A DNA stretch of 64,000 nt. It comes from Camelus ferus (taxonomy: Eukaryota). Position numbers and translations under genes: made by a program. This document shows positions 62,740 to 64,000 of this stretch, piece after piece; the first letter of the stretch is position 1; every line of letters begins with the position of its first letter. The notes beneath the pieces are model-generated. The model made no database searches. It saw only the letters and a program-made list of their open reading frames with translations, and was not told where the DNA came from. The DNA lies in the NCBI RefSeq assembly GCF_009834535.1, contig NC_045696.1, positions 10,232,001 to 10,296,000 of the forward strand, read 5' to 3'.

Positions 62740-64000
62740 AGCCTCCTAATCCAGGAATGGAGCCAGCTTCGGGAGAATTCTGACTGCTTACAGGGAGGCT
62801 TTTTATCATAGACTTAGCCTAAACAATATCTAAGACATGTACGTATTGTCTCCAGTGGTGTGGTCTTTCGCATTTTACCGTTTTGGGGCCTCCTTGTTCA
62901 TTCAATCAGACTAGCCGTTCAGAATTCCAAACTTTCAGCCAAACAAGATACGAAAACTTAGTCTTTCTTATTTTTTGAAGAGTTAATCAACAAGTCTGAC
63001 AAGTTAATATTTCTTCCCCATATTAGGTATCTGTACTGATTTGAATTGAGACTTCTCTAATTATTCTGATCATAAGTTGGTGTCATAAAATATCTGGGTA
63101 GCTCCCATTTCTGAGGGACAGTTTTCTTTGTGCTCTGAAGTATCATTAAACATTCCTCTAATAACTGACAATTTCTGTAATACCCAGATTTTAGCTTCAC
63201 AGTTGGGAGGATGGAGGGCAATCAACCCAGACTAGTAAAGAGTATAATGGGACTACATTTATTTCCCACTGCAGCCAGTCATTTCCAGTCTGGTATGCAG
63301 TTCTGGAACTGGGAGGTTTAGGTTGACATACTGGGTACACGCACTTGACCCTACACACAGGACACCAAGCTTGGGACCACATTTCTATCATAGCTGAGCA
63401 AACAGGGAATGGCCACCTGGCCCGTAGGCAGGCAGCCAGCCTTCGATACTGAGCCACCTTCAAGATGGTGTGGCCTAAGAGCTCTGCCTACCCGACAGGG
63501 GTGCAGCCTTACAGGAAGGGTACCTAGAAGCCCTGTTCAAGTCCTCATGTAGAGTTTAAACTCAAACCCTAACAGCACAGGACTCTTACAGTAGTTACGT
63601 ATAAAAGACAGTAAACTCTCACCTTCAGACAGGAAAGAGTAGGGGGTCAAGAGGAGCAGAGTGGAGTTCCGACAGGGACCTTTGCCAGGAGACCCTAATC
63701 ACTGCCTCTGGTGCTAGTAGGATTCCCCAGGCAGCTGGCCGACATTACCCTACCTCTTGTTGACCGCGTCAGCAACTGCCATCAAATGGGAAGGACAGGT
63801 ACATCATTTCACACAGGTGCGTTTGCTGCAGAAGCAACGGACTCACTGGTTCTGGAGAGTTCACTCAACATAGTTAAGCACGTATTCTGTATATGCCAAA
63901 CACTATCCTATGAAGCCTTTAGAAAGTTAAAAGATATAAAGGAAAATGTTATTGGTTGATAAAATCACATACTGTTAATAAAAGTGGAGGCTGGTACCAG

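Overview
Mammalian genomic DNA containing the conserved DONSON-SON-GART cluster. The tRNA-derived SINEs look like the camelid Vic-1 type, so the source is probably a camelid (inference). The window holds the last 8 coding exons of DONSON (+, 345-6166), the complete SON gene (-, ATG 39030, with a 5982-nt exon 3) and the complete trifunctional GART gene (+, 42248-62739, 21 coding exons, 1010 aa). SON and GART share a CpG-island bidirectional promoter, and DONSON and SON end tail-to-tail. The most interesting structure is post-transcriptional. A ~490-nt nested inverted-repeat element in SON intron 4 loops out a truncating alternative exon. Several poison or alternative-terminal SON exons would delete the G-patch and/or dsRBM. 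A 53-bp tandem duplication of the last SON acceptor switches between a complete and a truncated dsRBM. DONSON has a U12-type intron, GART has an intronic stop/polyA giving monofunctional GARS, and a DONSON intron carries an apparent L1 3' transduction. Exons were mapped by hand from splice signals and reading phase. Gene, isoform and repeat names are from recalled knowledge, not database searches.
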